From the NCBI RefSeq assembly GCF_009914755.1, contig NC_060931.1: a stretch of DNA of 64,000 nt, one strand, 5' to 3'. Positions 53,311 to 64,000 of this stretch are shown in pieces. The translations under genes and the position numbers were made by a program. Source of the DNA: the human T2T-CHM13v2.0 reference genome, Homo sapiens. How positions within the stretch are numbered: the stretch's first letter is position 1; each line of letters opens with the position of its first letter. The notes beneath the pieces were generated by a model. It did no database searches. It was not told where the DNA came from and was given only the letters and a program-made list of their open reading frames with translations.

Positions 53311-54559
53311 TTTTTATTATGTTAATGGCTCACCTCTTTCCTTATCAGCTTCATAAAACCAAAAATTCCCTAAAATATAAATATTACAAACTCATAACTG
53401 TATGATTCACAGGGAGTCCTCCTGTTCCCCAGAGATCTACTTTTTGGAAAGATGCCAGCATGTAAAACTTGCACTTCTGACCTCTGCTTTTTTACTCTAG
53501 AGCTGGTTGTCTATTTCCATCTCTCCTTGGGAATTATCTTCTGCCCTGGTTTTCCAGCATGCCATGACACTGCTCCATCACAGTGGGGTTATCAGCTTCT
53601 CCTTAGAAAGCCTGCATCTTGGACGTCAGGGACTTGGACAGGAAATGGGAGTTTCTCATTCCTTTTCTGTGGCTATTACGACCTTGCCTTTTCTTATTTC
53701 ATGCTGTTTTTTAAACTGCTACTTTTAGAGGCTGCCAGAGATACTCCCTCTGTAGCTCTCAGTATCAAATCCACATATGGTAAGATGGGCCTTTGCATTT
53801 TCTACAGATTACACTATAAAACTCTTCTGTATAGCAGCAGTATTGGGTTGATGGTAACTTCTCCAATGAGTTGGCCATGTTCTTCTGGGTTGAGTACTCA
53901 TCCTACACTTTAACTTTCTCCTATACTACCTGTCCTCATTATCACTTATTATTGCCCACTTTTGACTCTTTTCAGAAACAGGCTACAGAGAGTGATATGC
54001 AATAGTGGCAACAGGCTTGTGGTTCAGAAGTCTCAATGATACTGATAATTGCAAATATTTATTGTGCTTTCTATGATTATCTTGTTTAATCCTCATTCAA
54101 CCTGTGAGATAGGTACCATTATGATTTCATTTTCAGATGAGAAAATTGAGGCTCAGAAAGATTTTATTCCTAGCATAGGTCTCAAAAGTATTAAGCATCA
54201 AAGTCAAGAATGCAAATCCAGGAAGTCTCACTCTGGATCCTGTAAGCTTAACCACTCTACTTTCTTTGGACAGACCCTTGCTGGGGGCTGATCTCTGTGA
54301 AAAGGCTTGCACTGTCACAGAAATATAACTAGTCTTATTAAGAAACGGAATTTAAAAAAAATATTTTTACTAAATATGTATATTATTTTATTAATTTATT
54401 TTTTATCTTTATTATTTTCTTTCTTCTAGTAAATTTAGTGTGATTGTTGTTCTTTTTCTTGTTCTTGACTTTCAGATTTTCTTATTTTCTAATAGGTACT
54501 TTTAAGACAATAAATTTTCCTCTATGCCGAGCTCTAGGTATATTTCACACATTTTAATA

Positions 54560-56245
54560 TGTCATTCAACTGCCTTCTGGCATGTAAGAGAAGTCAGTTG
54601 GTAATCTTATAAAAGCTCCATTGTATGTTATGAGTCATTTTTCTTTTGCTGCTTTTAAGATTCTCACTTTGTCTTTGACTTTCAATAGTTTCATTATGAG
54701 GTGGCTTCGTATGGGTCTCTTTGGGTTTATGCTACTTGAAGTTTTTTAACTTCTTGCATTTGTATATCCATTTAGTTTTCAAATGTGGGGTGTTTTCAGC
54801 CGTTAATTCTTTAAATACACTCTCTGCCCCTTTCTCTTTTTCTCGTCTTCTGCATGTGTACATTGGTTGGCTTGATGGTGTCTCATAAGTTCCTTGGGCT
54901 GTGTTCATTTTTTTTTCTTTGCTCCTCTGATTTGATTGTTTCACATGGCCCATCTTTAAGTTTGTGGGTTCTTTCTTTTGCCTGAATTTCTAAATTCAGT
55001 TATTCTATTTTTTAGCTCCAGAATTTCTGTCGGGTTCTTTGTAAATACAGCCATGCATCACTTAATAATGTGGATGCGTTCTGAGAAATGCATTGTTAGG
55101 CAATTTTTCCATTGTTCAAACATCATAGAGTATATTTACACAAACCTAGATGGTATAGCTTACTACATACCTGGAGTATACGGTTAGCCTATTGTTCCTA
55201 GGCCACAAACATATACAGGTTATTCTACTGAATACTGTAGGCAATTGTAACATGATAGTAAGTATTTGTGTATTTAAGCCTATATAACAGAAAGGTAAGG
55301 TAAAAATATACGATTATAATCTTACGGGACCAAGCATCATTATGTGGTATATGACTGTAATCTCTCTCTCTTTGCTAATATTCCACTTTGTTTATAAACC
55401 ATTTTCTAGATTTAGTTTTGTGTTTTTCACTGTGTTTTCTTTGAGTTCATTGGCCATATTTAAGGTAGTTGTTTTAATTTATTTATCAAGTAAGTCAGAG
55501 GCCTGCATTTCTTTAGCGGACAATCTCTGGAGATTTATCTGGTTCCTTTGAATCATTCATGTTACTCTGTTTTATTTTGGTATGTCTTGATACGTTCTCT
55601 TGAGATTTGGACACTTGAAAAAAATTTCCACTTCCCCCAGCTTTTGTAGCATGGCTTTGTGCAGGGGAAGACCTTCATTGCCCAAAATGTTTTAAAGGCT
55701 CAGGGTCTTTTAAATCTTTTCTGAAGATGTGTATTCCCTAAGCCTAAGTGTGTGTTTTTATTCCACTTCCCTGCATACATACTATCTGCTTTAAAATGTA
55801 TTATTCAGTCTCCTGGTTCATCTCAAAAGCCTTGGATGTTTATTGTATTCCTATGTCCATAATTGATTACTCCTAGCCGCCTGCAGGTCTGCAGACTCCC
55901 TGCAGCTCTAACATGCCACAGTGACTGACTGCTGCTTTCAGTGGCCTCCAACCTGGCATCCAAACTATGCCACTTTTCTCATCTGTGCTCTACATCAGGC
56001 AAGACAGAAACCAGTCACTTCGGCAGCCCCTAGGCAAGCCAAATATTGCCAGCAAGTTCTATTTTTTCCCTTGTATACTGAGGGAGGAACTTGAAATTGA
56101 TACACATCTTCCTGACAGTGGCATATTGTGCCATGAAGGGGATGAAGAGTGAATGAGAAAAATGTCACAAAATTTCACAATGAGTGTGACATTTTCTTGC
56201 ATTATTAGGGATTTACCTGGTTGTTGCATCTTCTTAACTGATTTC
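54560..56245 (-). mobile_element. Old L1 5'/ORF1 remnant hosting a Tigger3a MITE (55048-55357, TA-flanked)
   Basis: ORF1-like peptide EKGAESVFKELTAENTPHL (54732..54953); MITE termini ta-cagccatg...atgactg-ta. Confidence 0.72.
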
Positions 56246-56246
56246 T

Positions 56247-57245
56247 AGTGCAATGGTGCAATCTCACCTCACTGCAACCTTTGCTTCCAGGCTCAAGTGA
56301 TTCTCCTGACTTTGCCTCCCAAGTAGCTGGGACTACAGGTGAATGCCACAGCACCTGGCTAATTTGTATTTCTTGCACAAGTGGGGTTTCGCCATGTTGC
56401 CCAGGCTGGTCCCAAACTCCTCAGCTCAAGTGATCCACCTGCCTCAGCTTCCCAGAGTGCTGGGATTACAGGCATGAGCTACAACACCTGGAATGTTTCT
56501 TCATATTTATCCATCTTGAGGACTTAAGATGTGTGGACTTATATATTTATTGTCTTTGAACAATTCCATATTACTATTTCTTTAAATATTTCTTTTACCT
56601 CAATTTCTTTTTTTTTCTTATTAGGACTGTACTTACGTGTGTGTGTGTCTGTGTGTGTGTTCGTGTGTGTGTCCCAAATGTTTCTTCTTTTTTCTATATT
56701 GTTCCTCCTGTTTTCTTTAGTCTCTATGCCTCAGTCTGGGTGGTTTTTCTCTGATTTATTTTCTAGTTAAGAAATTCTTTCTGCAGAATGTGTTTAATTA
56801 AGCTTACTCCTTTAATTCTTAATTTCAGTTATATGTTCTAGAATTTTCATTTTATTTTATAGGTTTTACTAAATATTTTCTGCCTGATAACTTCAATAAT
56901 TTTATTTTCTGGGTGTCAGTATCTATTGTATGCTTTTCCTATTTTTTTCCCCAATTCCTATTGTTTTTTTATACAACTTTTTTTCTTTTAAGAGGTAGAG
57001 TCTCACTCTATTGCCCAGGGTGGAATGCAGTGGTACAACCATAGCTCACTGTAGCCTCGAATTATGAGGCTCAAGTGATCCTTTTGTCTCAGTCTCCCAA
57101 GTAGCTATGACAACAGGCTTATACCACCATTTGCAGCTAATTTTTTTATTTTATTTTTTTGTTAAGATAGGGTCTTGCTATATTGCCCAGGCTAATCTTG
57201 AACTCCTGGGCTTAAGAGATTCTCCTGCCTTGGACACCCAAAGCA
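56247..57245 (-). mobile_element. Two diverged antisense Alus (56247-56490 partial; 56978-57245)
   Basis: AluJ-like motifs (ctcaagtgat..., gctgggattacaggcatgag). Confidence 0.8.
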
Positions 57246-58104
57246 CTCTACATAAATCTTTTTATTAAATGCATTTCAGACATTATATGTAGAGATAATG
57301 CGACACTCTGCATGATTTTTTTTTCCTCCAGAGGTGCTTTAGTTTTGTTTCTGGCAGGCAGTGAGAGTGGAGGCATATCGCTTTAATTCAGTCAGGAATT
57401 AAACTATTTTTGAGCATGCTATGAAACTTTGTGAGAGCTCAATTGTTTCTTGTCTTCTTTTACTACTGGGGTGTAGCCTTCTGGGGGTATCAAGCTAAAT
57501 TTGTGGTGTTTACTAAAGGCAATTTTTCCTCAGCTGTCTGTGAATTTCAGTTTCTTTCCTAGTCTTGTGAGGCTTTTGAAAGTTCTTATTTTCGTAGCCT
57601 CTCTTCCCTCATTTTTGTTTTGGAAACAACAGTTGCCCACAGTGGAAAAGTAGCTTCAAATGTTGGACTTCATCTCTCCTGTCTTCCTTATTCTGTAATG
57701 TTGGCACACAAATTCCCAGTGCCTCAGTAGCTCTCTGATGCCTTAAAAATCATTAAAAATATTGTTCTCACTTTTCTGGATGTTTGTAGTGGAAGGGTTG
57801 GACTACAACAATCTAGTTTGCTACATACAGAAATTTTTTTCCAATTTAGAATTCAAAGCTGTCATGTCACTAACCTCTGAGTGAGAAAGGCTGTGCCTGT
57901 GACTCAGTAGTTCAGCCTTGAGAAGCTTTCTCAGCATGAGTAGTGTTGTGGTAAAGAGCTTGAATGCTGACGTCAGACTAATTAGTTTCTAATCTTGGCT
58001 TTGCAACAGATTAGCCATGTGATTTGGTGGCAAATTGCTTCAGTTTCCTTATCTATAAATAAGTTTCATAATATTAAAGGAATTAATACTTAAGACAGTA
58101 TGTG

Positions 58105-61100
58105 ATGATCCCATCACCCAGGTAGTGAACATAGTATCCAATAGTTAGTTTTTCAACCCTTGCCCACCCCTCTTTCCCTAATCTTTAGCTCCCAATTTCT
58201 ATTGTTGCCACTTTTATATTTATATGTACACCATATTTAGTTCCCACTTATAAATGGGAACATGTGGTATTTGATTTTCTGTTCCTGAATTAATTTTCTG
58301 AGAATACTGGCCCCCAGCTACATCCATGTTACTGCAAAGGACATGATTTCATTCTTTTTTATGGCTGTGTAGTGTTTCATGGGAGTATATGTACCACCTT
58401 TTCTTTATCCAATCAACTCTTGATGGACATCTAGCTGGATTCCATGACTTTGCTATTGTGAATAGTACTGTGATGAACATATGTGTGCATGTGTCTTTAT
58501 GGTACAATGATATACATTCCTTTGGGTATATACACAATAATGGGACTGCTGGGTCAAATGGTAATTCTGTTTTCAGTTCTTTAAGAAATTGCCACACTGT
58601 TTTCCACAATGTTGATCTAATTTACTTTCCCTCTAACAGTGTGTAAGTGTTCCCGTTTCTCCACAACCTCACTAGCATCTGTTACTTTTTGACTTTTTAA
58701 TGATAGCCATTCTGACTGCAGTGAGATGGTATCTCAGTGGTTTTGATTTGTATTTCTCTAATGCAGTGGAGTATTTTTTCATATACTTATTGGCCATGTG
58801 CATGTCTTCTTCTAAAAAGTGTCTGTTCATGTCTTTTGCCTACTTTTTAATGGGGTTGTTTTTTGCTTGTTGGTTTTTTAAATTCCTTATAGATTCTGGA
58901 TATTAGACCTTTGTTGGATGCATAGTTTGCAAATATTTTCTCCTGTTCTGTAGGGTGTCTGTTTACTCTCTTGATAGTTTCTTTTGCTGTGCAGAAGCTC
59001 TTTAGTTTACTTGGGTCCTATTTGTCGATTTTTTGTTGTTGTTGCAATAACTCTGATATCTTCATCTTGAAATCTTTTCCTGTTCCCATGTGCAGAATGA
59101 TATTGCCTAGGTTATCTTCCAGGATATTGATAGTTTTAGGTTTAACATTTAAATCTTTAATCCATCTTGAGTTGATTTTTTTATATGAGATGAGAAAGGG
59201 ATCCAGCTTCAATCTTCTGCACATGGCTAGCCAGTTATTCCAGCACCTTTTATTGATTAAGGAATCCTATCCCTATTGCTAGTTTTTGTCAACTTTGTCA
59301 AAGATCGATGGTTTTAGGTGTGTGGCCTTACTTCTGGGCTCTGGGCTGTCTATTCTGTTCCGTTGGTATATGTGTTTTATTTTTTATTTTTATTATTTTA
59401 CCAGTACCATGTTGTTTTGGTTTCTGTAGCCATGTAGTATAGTTTGGAGGTGGGTAATGTAATCCCTACAGCATTGCTCTTTTGCTTACGATTGCCTTGG
59501 CTATTCGGGCACTTTTTTGATTCCATATGAATTTTAAAATAGTTTTTTCAAATTCTGTAAAGAATGTCATCGGTAGTTTGTTAAGAATAACATTGAATCT
59601 GTGAATTGCTTTGGGAAATCTTAATAATATTGATTCTTCTTATCCATGAACATGGGATGTTTTTCCATTTGTTTGTATCACCTGTGATTTCTTTGAGCAG
59701 TGTTTTTTAATTCTCATTGAGGAGATCTTTCGCCTTCCTGGTTAGCTGTATTCCTAGGTATTTTATTCTTTTTGTGGCTATTGTGAATGTGATTCTGTTC
59801 TTGATTTGGCTTTCATCTTGGATATTGTTGGTTTGTACATTGATTTTCTATTCTGAAACTTTGCTGAAGTTGCTTATCAGATCTAGGGGCTCTGGGGCAG
59901 ACTATGGGGTTTTCTAGGTATAGGATTGTATCATCTTGCAAACAAGGATAAAACTATCCCTGTTTGGAGACTTCCTCTCTTCCTGTTTGGCTGCCTTTTA
60001 TTTCTTTCTCTTGCCTGATTGCTCTGGATAGGACTTTCAGTATTATGGTGAATAGGAGTGGTGAGAGTGGTCATCCTTGTCCTGTTACAGTTCTAAAGGG
60101 AAATTCTTCTAGCTCTTTCCCACTTAGTATGATTTTGGCTGTGTGTTTTTCATCGATGGGCTGTTATTACTTTGAGGTATGTTCCTTCATTGCCTAGTTT
60201 GTTAAGGGTTTTTAAAATGAAGGGATGTTGAATTTTATCAATAGCCTTTTCTGCATCTATTGAGATGATCATGTGGTTTTTGTTTTTAGTTCTGTTTATG
60301 TGATAAATCACATTTACTGATTTGTATATGTTGGACCAAACTTTCAACCCTGGGATAAAGCCTACTTGATTGTAGTGGATTAGCTTTCTGATGTGTTGCT
60401 GATTTGGTTTGATAGTATGTTGTTGAGGATTTTTGCATCTATGTTCATCAAGCATACTGGCCTGAAATTTTTGTTGTTGTTGTTTTGTGTCTCTGCCAGG
60501 GTTTGGTATCAGGATGATGCTAGGCTCATAGAATGAGTTAGGGAGGGGTCCCTCCTCTGCAATTTTTTGGATTAGTTTCAGTAGGGATGGTATCAGTTCT
60601 TCTTTATACATTTGGTAGAATTCACCTGTTGCTTATTTATTTATTTTTTTTGAGACAGGATCTCACTCTGTTGCCCAGGCTGGAGTGAAGTGATGCAGTC
60701 GAGGCTCACTGCACCCTCGACCTCCCAGGGTCAAGCAACCCTCCTGCCTCAACCTCCCTAGTATCTGGAACTACAGGCATGTGCCGCCATGCCCAGCTTA
60801 TTTTTAAATTTTTTGTAGAGACAGGGTCCTGCTATGCTGCTCAGGCTGGTCTTGAACTCCTGGACTCAAGTAATCCTTCTGCCTCGGCCTCCCAAAGTGC
60901 TGGGATTACAGGTGTGAAATACTATGCCTGACCTTTTTGGTAGTCTTTTAAATTACTGATTCAATTTCAGAACTCATATTGATCAGTTCAGGGATCCAGT
61001 TTCTTCCTGTTTTGATCTTGGCAATTTGTATGTTTCCAGGAATTCATTCATTTCTTTCAGTTTATGTAGTTTGTCTGCATAGAGGTGTTTGTAATAGTCT

Positions 61101-62575
61101 TTGAGGCTTTTAAAAAAAAATTCTTTGGGGTCAGTTGTAATGTCCCCTTTTTCATTTCTGATTGTTTATTGAGACCTTGTCCCTTTTTTTCTTTATTAGC
61201 CTAGCTAACAGTCTATCAATCTTATTTATTCTTTCAAGAAACCAAGCTCTGCATCATTGATCTTTTGTATGTTTTTTTGTGTGTGTGTCTTCATTTTCCT
61301 TAGTTTAGCTCTGAATTTGGTTATTTCTTGTTTTCTGCTAGCTTGCTTGCAGAAACCATGTGCAGAAGGGGTTGGTTTGCTCTTGTTTGTCTAGTTCCTG
61401 TAGGTGTGATGTTAGGTTATGAATTTTATATCTTTCTAAATTTTTGATGCGGGTGTTTAGTGCTATAAACTTCCCTCTTCACACTGCTTTAGCTATGTCC
61501 CAGAGATTCTTTGTTGTATCTTTGTTCTCATTAGTTTTCTAAGAATTTTATATTTCTGCCTTAATTTTATTGTACCTATAAGTCATGCAGAAGCAGTTTG
61601 TTTAATTACCATGTAATTGTGTAGTTTTGAGCAATTTTCTTGGCATTAGTTCCTATTTTTATTGTGCTGTGGTCTGATAGTGTGTTTGGTGTGACTTTTT
61701 TTTTTTTAATTTGCTGAGGATTGTTTTTATGGCCAATAATGTGGTTGATTTTAGAGTATGTGCCATGTGCACGTGAGAAGAATGTGTTTTCTGTTATTTT
61801 GTGGTAGAGGATTCTGTAGAAGTCTGTTAGGCCCATTTTGTCAAGTGTCAAGTTCAAGTCCCAAATATTTTTGTTAGTTTTCTGTCTTGATCTAATATTG
61901 TCAGTGGGGTGTTGAATTCTCCTTCTATTATTGTGTGGTTGTGTAAGTTTCATTGTAGGTCTCTACGAACTCATTTTATGAGTCTGGATGCTCCTGTGTT
62001 GGATGCATATATATGTAGGATAGCTAGGTCTTCTTGTTGGATTGAACCTTTACCATTATGTAATGCCCTTCTTTGTCTTTTAAATTATTGTTGGTTTAAA
62101 GTTTGTTTTGTCTAAAGCAAACTATAGCAAGCCCTGCTTTTTTTCTGCTTTCCATTTGCTTGGTAGATTTTTCTTCATTCCTTTTCTTTCAGCTTATGGG
62201 TGTCATCGCATGTGAGATGGGTCTCTTGAAGACACATATGGCGTCTTACTTCTTTATCCAACTTCCACTTTGTGTCTTTTAATTGGAGCATGCATAGTTT
62301 TAGCCTGTTTACATTCAAGGTTAATATTAACATGTACAGATATGATTCTGATATCATGTTGTTAGTTGGTTACTATGCAGACTTGATTGTGTGGTTTCTT
62401 TGTAATGTTAATGATCTATATACTTAAGTGTTTTTTTTTGTGGCGCCCAGTAACTGTCTTTCATTTCCATATTTAGCACTCCCTTAAGTATTTCTTTTGA
62501 GGCAGGTCTTGTGGTATTGAATTCCCTTAGCATTTGCTTGTCCCAAAAGGATCTTATTTCTCCTTTGTGCGTGAA
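58105..62575 (-). mobile_element. L1PA-old/L1PB LINE-1 ORF2 region, antisense, interrupted by an Alu at 60632-60933
   Basis: Minus-strand ORF2 remnants 58349..58609, 59018..59224, 60150..60611 ([19 protein letters not shown]), 61606..61953 and 62175..62357 (ILTLNVN, endonuclease start). Confidence 0.9.
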
Positions 62576-64000
62576 AGCTCTGTTGTTATTTCCTTAGCTT
62601 GGTCTGTTCTGCTGTGAATACTTGCAATTGTATTATGAAATTCTTATAGTGTGTTTTTCAGCTCTGTGAGTGAGATCAGTTCTATTCTTTCTTGTAATGA
62701 CCATTTCATTTTTCAGCTCCTGTATCATTGCCTTATATTCCTTAGATTTCTTGGATTCAGTTTCAACTTTCTCCTATATCTGAATGATCTTTGTTCTTAT
62801 CTGTATTTCTGAAGTGTGTCATTTCAGCCATTTCAGCCTGGTTAAGAACATTTGCTGGGGAACTAGAGCAGTCATGTGGAGGAAAGAAGACAATCTGACT
62901 TTTTGAGTTGTCAGAGTTTTTGTTATGGTTCTTTCTCATCTGTGTCAGCTGATGTTTCTTTAACTGTGTTGTAATTTGAATACAGTCAGTTGACTCCTTT
63001 TCTGGATATTTTTAGAGGAAAGAGGCTTTGTGCAGGGTCTTTATTTGTAGTTGATGATAGTTCTGTTTTAAATTCTTTGAGAAATCTCCAAACTGTTTTA
63101 AACTGTGGCTAAACTAATTTACGTTCCTCCAGCAGTGTATACCTTTACCATTTTACCAATGTAGTTTTATCACATTTTTGTTAATTCAATGCGCAGGTTT
63201 AGAGTGCTATGTCTATGTTAATAGTGTTCATTTCTTAATTTTGTGGGGAATCAGGATCACATATTCTTTCTTGCACACTGTTCTATTTTTCTTGAGTTAA
63301 TAATTGTCTCATGATTTTCGTTTGACAGTTTTCTATGAATTAATCACCAATTTAACCCATACTTGTCAAACCTGTACAATATTAATATGGTAAAAACGTT
63401 AGATGGTCTATAAATGTATAAATGTCTTCTTCTATTTTTCCTGTTGACTTAATGCTCTATGGTCTTCATGCTCCATTTGTAGTTTTGTGGTCCCCTAGAG
63501 CCAGGGGTCACTCTCTGGTGATTCTTTTACTTATATCCCTGAAGAGTCCCTACTCTGCTTTTCTGTGTTGGAACTTGTTTCCTGGATTCTATGTTTTATC
63601 TTTCTTGGTTTATACTCTTGTTTTAGAGAAGCATATCTTCCAGCAACTTTTTCAGGGAACACTTTGTAGGTAAGTGATTTTTAGAGCTTGTATGTCTTAA
63701 AATGTCTTTTTTTTTTACTCTCAAATTTGATTGGTAATTTAGTTGGGCATAAAAACATAAATTTGAAATTAGTTTGCCTCATGTACCATGGTATATTCAA
63801 TCCAGCATGCCAATATATTGACTCTCTCTGTCTGAAATTTTTAGGCTGAGCTGATAGCTTTTAGCTGTGAGCAACCCTGTCTATTTACTCCAGTATGTCT
63901 GAAAAGTATTTTTATTTATTTATCTCCTGTCTTCAAAAAGTTTGGGAAGAACTTTATTTAGTTTATAGTGTTCTTGTTGATAAACTCCTTAGATAAAATT

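Noticed and set aside
63661-63675. Second AG|GTAAGT motif (63669/63670)
   Set aside because: It has a poor upstream pyrimidine tract and lies in degraded repeat-like sequence, so it is likely chance.

Overview
Primate (human or great-ape) genomic DNA lying entirely inside ABCA13 on the + strand; from prior knowledge this is human 7p12.3. Thirteen internal coding exons, which I number 3-15 (about c.164-2005, aa ~55-669, first extracellular/luminal domain), splice into one open 1842-nt frame. One intron is GC-AG and one exon is a 29-nt microexon. Most of the remaining sequence is transposon-derived: Alus, antisense L1s, a near-full-length Tigger1, MITEs, and solo LTR12C, LTR14-type, THE1, LTR8, MER21 and MLT1 LTRs. 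Almost all ORFs in the supplied track are repeat-derived artefacts. The most unusual structure is a recent (~98.5% identical) 340-bp copy of the 3' end of exon 6, its splice donor and the start of intron 6, placed 2.87 kb upstream in intron 5. It has microhomology at both junctions and may create a 25-nt stop-codon (poison) microexon. Other notable points are a stop-containing extension of exon 8, a perfect AG|GTAAGT site just beyond the LTR12C, an LTR inside an Alu with a non-canonical junction, and an inverted internal L1 fragment. I found no evidence of a novel multi-gene system. Repeat subfamily names and exon numbers come from recalled consensus sequences and were not verified by search.
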